NCBI GenBank assembly: GCA_036513135.1
Contig: DATBZP010000010.1
Location: 14,148 to 38,147, forward strand
Origin: Candidatus Dormiibacterota bacterium
Lineage (GTDB): Bacteria; Chloroflexota; Dormibacteria; Dormibacterales; Dormibacteraceae
DNA: 24,000 nt
Direction: 5' to 3'
Positions 16,740 through 23,724 of this stretch are shown one piece after another. The notes under the pieces were generated by a model that was not told the origin of the DNA, made no database searches, and saw nothing but the letters and a program-made list of their open reading frames with translations. The stretch's first letter is position 1; each line of letters begins with the position of its first letter. The translations under genes and the position numbers were made by a program.

Positions 16740-16868
16740 CGCCCAATGTGCCCGGTCGATTCCATCAAAACTCGAGTCGGACTCTCAACACCACAACCCG
16801 GATGGGAGGGTTAGCTCTGACGAACTCGAGCGTCAGATCAGCGTTCGTTGGCCCCACGGCGCGCTCGG

Positions 16869-17261
16869 TCACGCCGGAGGCGGGTGCGCGATCAGGGTGA
16901 TTACCTTAAGCATGGCGAGGAAGCCGCAGCCCGCGCGAATCACAATTCCGAAGCAGCCCCACCGTCCCGCGAAGCGGTAGATCGCGAACAGGATGGCGAA
17001 GAAGATGACGACTCCGATGTAGTAGCCGATCGCGAACTCTGACTGCGTCGCCATCGTCGTATAGACGGCGTAGCCGAGAAGAGCCACCAGCACGAGGGTG
17101 CTCCCGATCTTCACCAGCCAAGAGCCGCCGGCAGGCTTACTCGCCGGCACCCACGCCGCTCCGTTCCACCGGAAACGGCGGTCGTTCGAGAACCACACGC
17201 CGCCGTCGAATATCGCCGGCAGGCCGTCAGGGCCGACTTGAGTGTCCACGGCAAGCGCCAT
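16869..17261 (-). CDS. Hypothetical membrane protein (soluble W/G-rich N-terminus + 3 TM helices)
   Basis: 130-aa ORF with a clear hydrophobic C-terminal half. No family was recognised. Confidence 0.45.
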   Translation of the reverse strand: MALAVDTQVGPDGLPAIFDGGVWFSNDRRFRWNGAAWVPASKPAGGSWLVKIGSTLVLVALLGYAVYTTMATQSEFAIGYYIGVVIFFAILFAIYRFAGRWGCFGIVIRAGCGFLAMLKVITLIAHPPPA

Positions 17262-17725
17262 ATTGAGGCATTGAACCCGGTTTCAAGTCGTGATTCCGCT
17301 GGACCACACTGACCCCTTCGCTGGCTCTCCGAGACGGCGACCCGCGTCTCGCCTTCGGGACCCCGCCGGCGACCAGCAGGACCGGTGGTCGCTCGAGTTC
17401 TTGCTCGCGCATGTCGTGTTCGGACACGACACCCAGGAAACAATCGACGCCCCGATGTTCAACACCTCACATTCCCATAGACCCCATCCCCGTCAAACGA
17501 CGGGGGCCAGATCCAAGCCGTTCGCACGGCGACGCGGCATGGGGACCAGGAACAACCTTAGGTGAGCATGAGCAACAGGCTGCAGAAGGGACCCAGTGCC
17601 GAACCCGCTCTCCAAGGTGCCACCTCGAAGCGTTCGGTAATCGTCGCTGTGCTGCTGCCGGCCGGAGAGGCGGCAACGCCAGCAGCCAAGCTCAACTCGC
17701 TCCCACGCTTGACACCCAAGCTCTC

Positions 17726-18634
17726 ATGGAACGGATAGTGGTCCTCGGGGGGACCGGCTTCATCGGCCGCAGGCTGCTTCCCGCCTTGCGCCGGACCGAC
17801 CGGGTCGTCCGGGTGGCCTCCCGCAGCCCCGGTGCGCCGGCCGATGTCGGCATCGAGCACGTCCGCTGCGACCTCGAGAGCGGGGAGGGCGTCGACCGGG
17901 CGCTGGAGGGCGCGGACCTGGCCTACTTTCTCGTTCACGGTATGGCCGAGGGACGGGGGTTCGCCGCTCGGGAGAAGATCGCGACCGCGAATTTCATTCG
18001 TGCCGCCCGCCGGCAGGGCGTCGCGCGCGTCATCTATCTAGGGGGGCTCTACCCGAGTGGTGGTCTCTCAGCCCACCTGGAGAGCAGGCGCGAAGTCGGA
18101 TTGATGCTCATCGAGGGGACGGGCGCGCTTGCCGTCCGGGCAGGTGTTGTCGTGGGCTCGGGGGGGGCGTCGTTCGACATCCTCTATGGGCTATGCCAGC
18201 GCCTTCCTCTGATGATTGCGCCGCGCTGGCTGGCCAGCCTGTGCCAGCCGGTCTCCATTGATGACACCGTCCGCTGCCTGGCCGGTGCGGCAGCGATCCC
18301 GGGCGGGCGCGAAGTGGATCTCGTTGGCCCGGACGTTCTGACCTACCGCGCCATGCTTGAGATCACGGGTTTCGAGTTGCGCGGGCGCAAGCCAGTCATG
18401 TTCCCGGTCCCATTCCTCTCCCCAGAGCTGTCCGCGCACTGGCTGCGGCTCGTCACCAAGGTCGACATGAACGTGGCCCGCTCCCTCGTCGCCAGCCTTC
18501 GCCACGACCTGGTCGCCGAGCGCCCTCTGCTCACTGCGGAGCTGGGGTTGACGCCGGCCGGTTTCCGAGAATCGGTCCGCACCGCACTGGCGGAACGCCG
18601 CAGGGTGCTCGTGCCCAGGATGCGAGCAGCCTGA
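17726..18634 (+). CDS. NAD(P)-binding atypical SDR / NmrA-YbjT-like protein
   Basis: I moved the start to MERIVVLGGTGFIGRRL (ATG 17726) because the Rossmann GxxGxxG motif follows immediately. The 105-aa upstream extension in the track is Arg/Pro-rich junk. Confidence 0.75.
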   Translation: MERIVVLGGTGFIGRRLLPALRRTDRVVRVASRSPGAPADVGIEHVRCDLESGEGVDRALEGADLAYFLVHGMAEGRGFAAREKIATANFIRAARRQGVARVIYLGGLYPSGGLSAHLESRREVGLMLIEGTGALAVRAGVVVGSGGASFDILYGLCQRLPLMIAPRWLASLCQPVSIDDTVRCLAGAAAIPGGREVDLVGPDVLTYRAMLEITGFELRGRKPVMFPVPFLSPELSAHWLRLVTKVDMNVARSLVASLRHDLVAERPLLTAELGLTPAGFRESVRTALAERRRVLVPRMRAA

Positions 18635-18692
18635 GCTCTTCTTCGCGGTAGGGATCTACGACCTGGTTGTCGCAGGCGACGGCGATCCGCCA

Positions 18693-19466
18693 TTACTTGG
18701 GGCGCAGAGTGCCGGCGAACACCTGCCACGCCAGAGCGGACTTCGCAACCAGGCTCAGGACCATGTAGACGCGCTCACCGTACAGAACATTCTTCCATCG
18801 GCCAATGCGGCGGTACTGAAATACCATGTTCAGAGCGAAGACGTTGAAGAAAACGAAGAGCGATGCGTAAATGAAATAGACAAAGGTGGGTGGGCGACTG
18901 CTGCTCCCGGCACCCGCACCAAACAGGTAGATCCCGATCGCGATCCAGGGCACGGCGCCTGCCAGGACGCCGAACCAGTAAGCGAGCCAGTCGACCGAGA
19001 CTCGACCCAGGTTGTAGCGCTCCATCGCCCAGCCGAAAAGGATCATTGAAGCGTTCACGCCGAATATGGCGACCAATGCAGCGATGTCGTAGATGCCCAC
19101 CAGCATCGCAATGAGAACAATCATCAGCGAGGAGCTCAACGAGTATTCGACCCAGCGCGCGGGGTTGGCGCCCAGCCGCACATTTCGTGCATACCAGGGA
19201 TAGACCCAGGGTGAGGCGACCACGAAATGCGCGATCGATGAGAGGAAGAGGAAGGCGGCGATCGCCGGGCCGAGCCTGACATTCAAAAGCACTTCTGGCC
19301 GTGGCACCAAAGTCTGCGTATTCGGGCTGAAGAAGAGGAAGTTGGTCATTACCGGGAGGGAGAAGCTCGAGGAGAGTAGGAGCATAAGGATGCCTTGCAC
19401 GAGGTGCAGGGAGCCCATCGCCACGTTGAACAGGCGTAGCCGGCCAAGTCCGACTGTGTTCGCCAC
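18693..19466 (-). CDS. Heliorhodopsin (7-TM retinal-binding photoreceptor with inverted topology)
   Basis: 257 aa with a GTG start and seven hydrophobic segments. The motifs are RLFNVAMGSLHLVQ, SSIAHFVV, RWVEYSLSSSLMIVLIA (Glu107, codon 19146-19148), IFGVNASMILFGW, AVPWIAIGIY, FVFFNVFALN and GERVYMVLSLVAKSALAWQVFAGTL (Lys242, codon 18741-18743). These match, nearly residue for residue, the conserved blocks of heliorhodopsin 48C12 as I recall them. Confidence 0.85.
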   Translation of the reverse strand: MANTVGLGRLRLFNVAMGSLHLVQGILMLLLSSSFSLPVMTNFLFFSPNTQTLVPRPEVLLNVRLGPAIAAFLFLSSIAHFVVASPWVYPWYARNVRLGANPARWVEYSLSSSLMIVLIAMLVGIYDIAALVAIFGVNASMILFGWAMERYNLGRVSVDWLAYWFGVLAGAVPWIAIGIYLFGAGAGSSSRPPTFVYFIYASLFVFFNVFALNMVFQYRRIGRWKNVLYGERVYMVLSLVAKSALAWQVFAGTLRPK

Positions 19467-19605
19467 AGCGCGACAAGAATAGTCGCCTCAACAGTCGGCG
19501 TTCAGATCCGGCCGACGAGGGTCAACCAACGCACCCCTAGTTGCGATAGTTCCCCGGGAAATTGTGACCCGGCTGTGATCCGACGACTCCAGTCAAGCTC
19601 CGGGA

Positions 19606-19676
19606 ATCGCCGAGTTTGAATACAGAATTGGTCGGGGGCCCGGGATTTGAACCCGGGGCCTCACGGTCCCGAACCG
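19606..19676 (-). repeat. att-like copy B: 48-nt 3' remnant of tRNA-Pro(CGG) (anticodon arm to CCA, 19629-19676) plus about 23 nt of 3' flank; not an intact tRNA
   Basis: Minus strand reads CGGTTCGGGACCGTGAGGCCCCGGGTTCAAATCCCGGGCCCCCGACCA. It has the anticodon loop TTCGGGA (CGG), the T-arm CCGGG-TTCAAAT-CCCGG and the acceptor 3' strand GCCCCCG-A-CCA. The complementary 5' acceptor strand (CGGGGGC) and a D-arm are absent upstream. Confidence 0.7.
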
Positions 19677-20034
19677 TTATGGCGCTCGGTTCGGTGTGCA
19701 CCGCCAGAGGCCGTTTGAGTTCACGACGTCGTCGGCTTCAGTCCGCCAGGTGCCGCCATGTGTCGGCCCATGCCGCCCGGGTTGCTATATGCGTTGCTAC
19801 ACGGCAGCCGCGATCGTGCGGCTCGCTGAGGAAGAGAAAGCTGCGATCGCGTTTGCTCAGGTCGGCCTCTCGCAGCTACGGCAGCTCGAAGGCCTAGAGA
19901 CTCGAGCACGCGATCTACACGCGACCACCCCAGGGTTTCGCAGACTCCGCGCTCGCCCGGAATGATGTGTTCCGCATCGAAATGCAGGGCCTCAGGCGTG
20001 CTGGCGAGCGAGACGAGGCCAGCGGGAACCGGTG

Positions 20035-20868
20035 TCAGTCGACCGGAGGCAGCTGTCGGATCAGACTATGCACGTTGAGTTTCGGCATCGGGACCCTCGG
20101 GTTCATGGCCCGCAGGGTTTCCAGCAGTAGGTGCGACACTGCCCAATCGCGGAATGGCTTGTCGTCCGCCGGGACGATGTACCAAGGGGCGGTCGGCTTC
20201 GAGCACCGGGTCAGGAGCATGTTGAAGGCCTCCTGGTATGCATCCCAATGACTCCTTTCTTTGATGTCATTGGGGCTGAACTTCCATCGTTTTTCGGGTG
20301 TGTTGAGGCGAGCAAGTAGTCGCTGACGCTGCTCCTCGTTTGAGATATGAAGGCAGATTTTCACGGGGATCACGTTTGATCTGGCAAGTCCAGCCTCGAA
20401 TCGGTTTATCTGCTCATACCGACTCTCGATCACTTCGGGAGCGGCCAACGCCTTGACCTTGGCGATGAGCACATCCTCGTAATACGAGCGATTGAAGATG
20501 GTGATGTGGCCCGGCCCCGGTATTTCCTTCTTGAACCGCCAGAGGAAATGGTGTCTAAGTTCGGTCGCACTTGGTGCCATGAAGGTGCGGACGTGCACAC
20601 CTTGAGGATCCATCGCCGCCATTAAGTGGCGGACCGTTCCGTCCTTGCCGCTGGTGTCCAATCCCTGCAGAACAATCAGGATCGCCTGTTTCTTCTCCGC
20701 GTAGAGGCGCTCTTGAAGGTCCAGCAATTCGGGGCCGTATTTCTCACGGGCGGCCGCTATCTTCTTGCGTTTGACTCCTAGCCGATCGCCAGGGTCAACG
20801 TCCCCGAGGCTCACCTGGCCTTTCCATGCGCGAGCCTTGAGCATGTCCCTCATGGATCTCTTTGCCAT
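20035..20868 (-). CDS. ppk2: Polyphosphate kinase 2 family protein (polyphosphate:nucleotide phosphotransferase)
   Basis: 277 aa with Walker-A-like LQGLDTSGKDG, FNRSYYEDVL and the C-terminal APWYIVPADDK motif. GGGAGG lies upstream of the ATG. Confidence 0.9.
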   Translation of the reverse strand: MAKRSMRDMLKARAWKGQVSLGDVDPGDRLGVKRKKIAAAREKYGPELLDLQERLYAEKKQAILIVLQGLDTSGKDGTVRHLMAAMDPQGVHVRTFMAPSATELRHHFLWRFKKEIPGPGHITIFNRSYYEDVLIAKVKALAAPEVIESRYEQINRFEAGLARSNVIPVKICLHISNEEQRQRLLARLNTPEKRWKFSPNDIKERSHWDAYQEAFNMLLTRCSKPTAPWYIVPADDKPFRDWAVSHLLLETLRAMNPRVPMPKLNVHSLIRQLPPVD

Positions 20869-20935
20869 TGAGCCTCCCGTTCAGCAGGTCACAGACGTTC
20901 GGCGAGAGCCGCGGCCGACTCCTTGGGCAGTGCGC

Positions 20936-21256
20936 TCACCTTGGAAGGATCACACGTAATGCGCTCAACTCCGCGGTGATGGTGGCCAGCGTGCGGCCGA
21001 GCTGGACGTTGTCAGCGTAACTTCGAACGCTCGGTTTAGTCGTCACTAGCAGCTTGCGGAACTTGAACACTTGGCCCAGACCGCCTTCCTTGTGCTTGGA
21101 GAGTACGGCGCGGGCAAGTACCCGCTTGACGATGCTGCCGAAGTCCAGCCGTGAGAGCTCTCGGTCGAAGAACCTGCCTTTTGGGAGAGCACGGGACGGT
21201 TTCGACAATCGGGGCACCGCCCTTGGTCCGAGGACGCCCGCGGCGACTGCGCTCAA
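20936..21256 (-). pseudogene. Possible decayed polyphosphate kinase 1 (PPK1) N-terminal remnant
   Basis: The ORF reads ...GRFFDRELSRLDFGSIVKRVLARAVL...GLGQVFKFRKLL. The PPK1 N-terminus, as I remember it, reads RF(L/I)NRELSWLxFNxRVLxxAxD...LLERxKFLAI. After a frameshift the next frame reads RLNRAFEV, compare NLDEFFEV. Only about 90 aa are present. This is weak similarity judged by eye. Confidence 0.3.
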
Positions 21257-22095
21257 GCCGCGCTACCCATCAGCCGGATCCAGCGGGCGCAGGCGAAGGA
21301 ATGGAGGCCCAGTGCCACGAAACCCAGCGCAATGATGCCTAATACGATGCGTCCGAATGGCTGGCCGAGCAAGAAGAGGAATGCGCCTCCGAAGCCTTGG
21401 ACTTGGGCGGCATCGTGGTGTATCCCGGCCTGGACAAGAAACCAACCGATCACCAAGAAGATGACGCCGCGGGCTAACATCCCGAAACGGCCGAGCTTCA
21501 CTGCTATGTCCCGTTCGGAGGCGCTCATCTCCGCGCCCTTCAGATCCTCTTTGAAAGTGGCGCGATAGGCTTCGAGGAATTGCCCTAAGGCGACCAGGAT
21601 GGCGACGAGGCCAATGACGACCGTCAACGGACCGCCGCCGGGGTGGGTGAGGATCGTGGCTATCGTTTTCTGGGTGCTGTCAGCGGCAGTTCCGCCTGAC
21701 CCCAAGAGGATCTGGACGGCGAAGAATACGATGGCCGCGTACGACACTGCGCTCGTGACGAAGCCAAGCCTCGCCGCGTAGCCGGATACGTCATGGCCAC
21801 GGTGCAGAGGGTCGTAGATCGCCCTGGTGAAACCCCACAATGAGTAGGCGGTCAGGCCGACCGCTACCACGATTAGCACCAGCTTCCCAAATGGGTTACG
21901 GATCAAGAACACAAGACTTCCCGACAAGTCAGTGGTCTGGCCGCCCCCGACTCTGAACGCTATACCCAATGCAAGCAGACCCATGACGGCGTACAGGGCA
22001 CCGCGGACGACGTAGCCCAACCGCTCTAGAAACTCGAGGAGCGGGTTGGCGGCCGCTCGCTTGACGGCGTTGTTGCCGGATTGAAGAGTTGCCAT
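21253..22095 (-). CDS. DUF1206-type integral membrane protein
   Basis: 280 aa. It contains a three-fold repeat of a paired-TM unit (G.VVRGALYAVMGLLAL, YAARLGFVTSAVSYAAI, RFGMLARGVIFLVIGWFLV) typical of DUF1206. Confidence 0.75.
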   Translation of the reverse strand: MATLQSGNNAVKRAAANPLLEFLERLGYVVRGALYAVMGLLALGIAFRVGGGQTTDLSGSLVFLIRNPFGKLVLIVVAVGLTAYSLWGFTRAIYDPLHRGHDVSGYAARLGFVTSAVSYAAIVFFAVQILLGSGGTAADSTQKTIATILTHPGGGPLTVVIGLVAILVALGQFLEAYRATFKEDLKGAEMSASERDIAVKLGRFGMLARGVIFLVIGWFLVQAGIHHDAAQVQGFGGAFLFLLGQPFGRIVLGIIALGFVALGLHSFACARWIRLMGSAA

Positions 22096-22096
22096 T

Positions 22097-22477
22097 TCAG
22101 GCCGCCGCCTGAAGGCTCTTCTTCAGCGCCCGGACGTCGAGGTGCGGGTTGGAATAGATCAACTTCATTTCCTCCATCGTCTCGATGAGAAGCTGCGAGA
22201 CGGCCCAACTTGCGATACCACTTGCGGTTGGCGGGTACCACGTACCACGGGCCGGCTTCTGTCGAACAACGCCCGAGGGCGGAGCCGTACGCCTGCATTC
22301 CTGGAGCGACATGATGTACTCCTCGTCAGCCACCGTACGTTCGTCTCCGTCGCGTCGCTTGACGCCGTTGGTCTCCGACGGATCGATTCGTACCAGCTTC
22401 ACGCGGCCTCGGCCTGGTCGCACGCTCGAGAGGTCCCGGACGGAACCGCGACCTGTGCCGTTCTTGCTGTCAGGCAT
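22097..22477 (-). pseudogene. ppk2 pseudogene: N-terminus fused to C-terminus, catalytic core deleted, frameshifted
   Basis: The N-terminal piece MPDSKNGTGRGSVRDLSSVRPGRGRVKLVRIDPSETNGVKRRD...EEYIMSLQE parallels intact PPK2 (SMRDMLKARAWKGQVSLGDVDPGDRLGVKRKK...ELLDLQE). It then jumps to AYGSALGRCSTEAGPWYVVPANRKWYRK in another frame, and then to WAVSQLLIETMEEM...* (compare APWYIVPADDKPFRDWAVSHLLLETLRAM). About 170 codons, including the P-loop, are missing. Confidence 0.7.
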
Positions 22478-22528
22478 AGCTTCGATTGAGGATGGACTGA
22501 GAGTGGTAACAATCGCAGTAACTCGCGC

Positions 22529-22678
22529 TACAAGATCGATTTGATCAAGAAGCAAGGACCTGGCGCTCGTTCGAGCAGCTCGAGCTCGCCACCGCTGCTC
22601 TGGGTCGACTGTTACAACAGCCGCCGCCTGCAGGCTGCTATCAGCGCCGTCCACTCAGCCGGGTCGCTCGCGCCGTGA
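22529..22678 (+). mobile_element. IS3-family transposase (OrfB) C-terminal fragment, frameshifted
   Basis: Plus-strand frames read IDLIKKQGP / WRSFEQLELATAA / LWVDCYNSRRLQAAIS...*. These match the conserved IS3 OrfB tail (..LI+.QGPW+s.e.lELATleWVDWyNhrRLh..IG) as I remember it. No upstream transposase body is present. Confidence 0.45.
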
Positions 22679-22809
22679 CTAGCCAGCTCCTGTCAGGCCT
22701 GAGTACGGCACGGGCGAGCACGCGTTTGATCCTCAACCGCCGGACGTGCCGTGGCTTTGGATGCGGCCGCGCCACGGTGTTGGGCACTGAGCAACCGCGC
22801 CAGAATTCC

Positions 22810-23217
22810 TCAGCCGCGACCCGTCACACCGACTTCCTCAGCTTCGTTCGCGGCGTGCCTGGCGCGCAGTTTTACAGAGAGGACACGCTGCCGCCGGCCC
22901 GGCCCATTCTCTGGGTCGAGGAAATACATGAGGGCACTACCAAGCGCCGCGGCGATGATGATTGCGGTCACTCCAGGCACCCAATTCGGGCGGCCACCTT
23001 CGGTCCAGTCCCCTCGCCCAAAACCACGCTTCACGCGTCGAACCAAGGGACGCACCGACTCAGCTGCCTGGGATACTCCACCTCCAACCTCGAAAGCGGT
23101 ATCACGATTCTCTCGCCAAAACGATTGCACCCGCCGGCGGCGATCCTCTCCGCGTTGCGGATCTAAGAAGTAAACAGCCGCTCCACCGAGGGCGGCGCCG
23201 ATTGTGATTCGATCCAT
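22810..23217 (-). CDS. Hypothetical small protein with two tandem 'hydrophobic helix + YFLDPxxGxxRRxRV' modules
   Basis: 135 aa. A strong RBS (AAGGAGG) precedes the ATG at 23217. The internal repeat is IGAALGGAAVYFLDPQRGEDRRRRV versus IIAAALGSALMYFLDPENGPGRRQRV. Confidence 0.6.
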   Translation of the reverse strand: MDRITIGAALGGAAVYFLDPQRGEDRRRRVQSFWRENRDTAFEVGGGVSQAAESVRPLVRRVKRGFGRGDWTEGGRPNWVPGVTAIIIAAALGSALMYFLDPENGPGRRQRVLSVKLRARHAANEAEEVGVTGRG

Positions 23218-23373
23218 CTGAACACGCCTCCTTACTTATCGACCACGCCTCTCCGAGCCTAGCAGGCAACCGAAGAGGCACTCGACTCAGGCGCGCGGGA
23301 GGTTGACTCGCGATAACAGGCGGGCTGGTCTCCTCCAGAAGACCCCGGGCAACGCCGGTCCAACTTACCTCTC

Positions 23374-23529
23374 CTATCGCGTCGAGCGCCCGCGGACGAA
23401 ACCGAACAGCCAGAGCACGACCAACACGATGATTGCTATCCAGATCAGGTTAACCAGACCGCCGGCGGCGTGAAACAGCAACCAGAGCACGAAAAGAATG
23501 ACCGCAACTACAAGCAACGCGTGGATCAC
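23374..23529 (-). CDS. Small two-TM membrane protein, lmo0937-family-like (51 aa), paralog of 14339..14494
   Basis: Minus-strand ORF read by hand from GTG at 23529: VIHALLVVAVILFVLWLLFHAAGGLVNLIWIAIIVLVVLWLFGFVRGRSTR*. AGGAGG lies 7 nt upstream. It is not in the ORF track because it is below the length cutoff. The overlapping track ORF 23450..23734 is in another frame. Confidence 0.75.
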   Translation of the reverse strand: MIHALLVVAVILFVLWLLFHAAGGLVNLIWIAIIVLVVLWLFGFVRGRSTR

Positions 23530-23724
23530 TTGGATACCTCCTAGGAAACCGGCCTAACGAAGTCTCGGTGAGCTTCATCGTATCGATTGGAGCGGACTCT
23601 GTCTGTCTTGCGCTGGCACCTATCTTGCATCGGGCAGTGGCTGCCTCGTGCTCCGATGGGAGCGCCCGCCGAGTGATGGTCGTGAGCTCTTCGATTGGCA
23701 GGGAGCGGGCAGGCTGGGCGGCGC

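Noticed and set aside
17411-17725. 105-aa N-terminal extension of the SDR-like gene
   Set aside because: The extension is low-complexity (R/P/S/T-rich) with no domain. The Rossmann GxxGxxG motif starts right after Met106, so I placed the start at 17726.
19629-19710. Possible intact tRNA-Pro gene on the minus strand
   Set aside because: Only the anticodon arm, variable loop, T-arm, acceptor 3' strand and CCA are present. Upstream there is no CGGGGGC 5' acceptor strand and no D-arm (GCGC...AGCGC), and I found no such sequence within the next about 400 nt. I report it as a 3' remnant, not as a tRNA.
19696-20034. Integrase or recombinase remnant next to the tRNA scar (ORFs 19696..19965 + and 19721..19909 -)
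   Set aside because: I translated all frames looking for tyrosine-recombinase motifs (R..HxxR..Y) or serine-recombinase motifs and found none. The region stays unassigned.
22097-22654. 185-aa ORF offered by the track as a single coding region
   Set aside because: It is a composite. Its 5' third is antisense to an IS3 transposase fragment. The remainder is a ppk2 pseudogene that needs another frame (ORF 22026..22298) to follow the PPK2 sequence.
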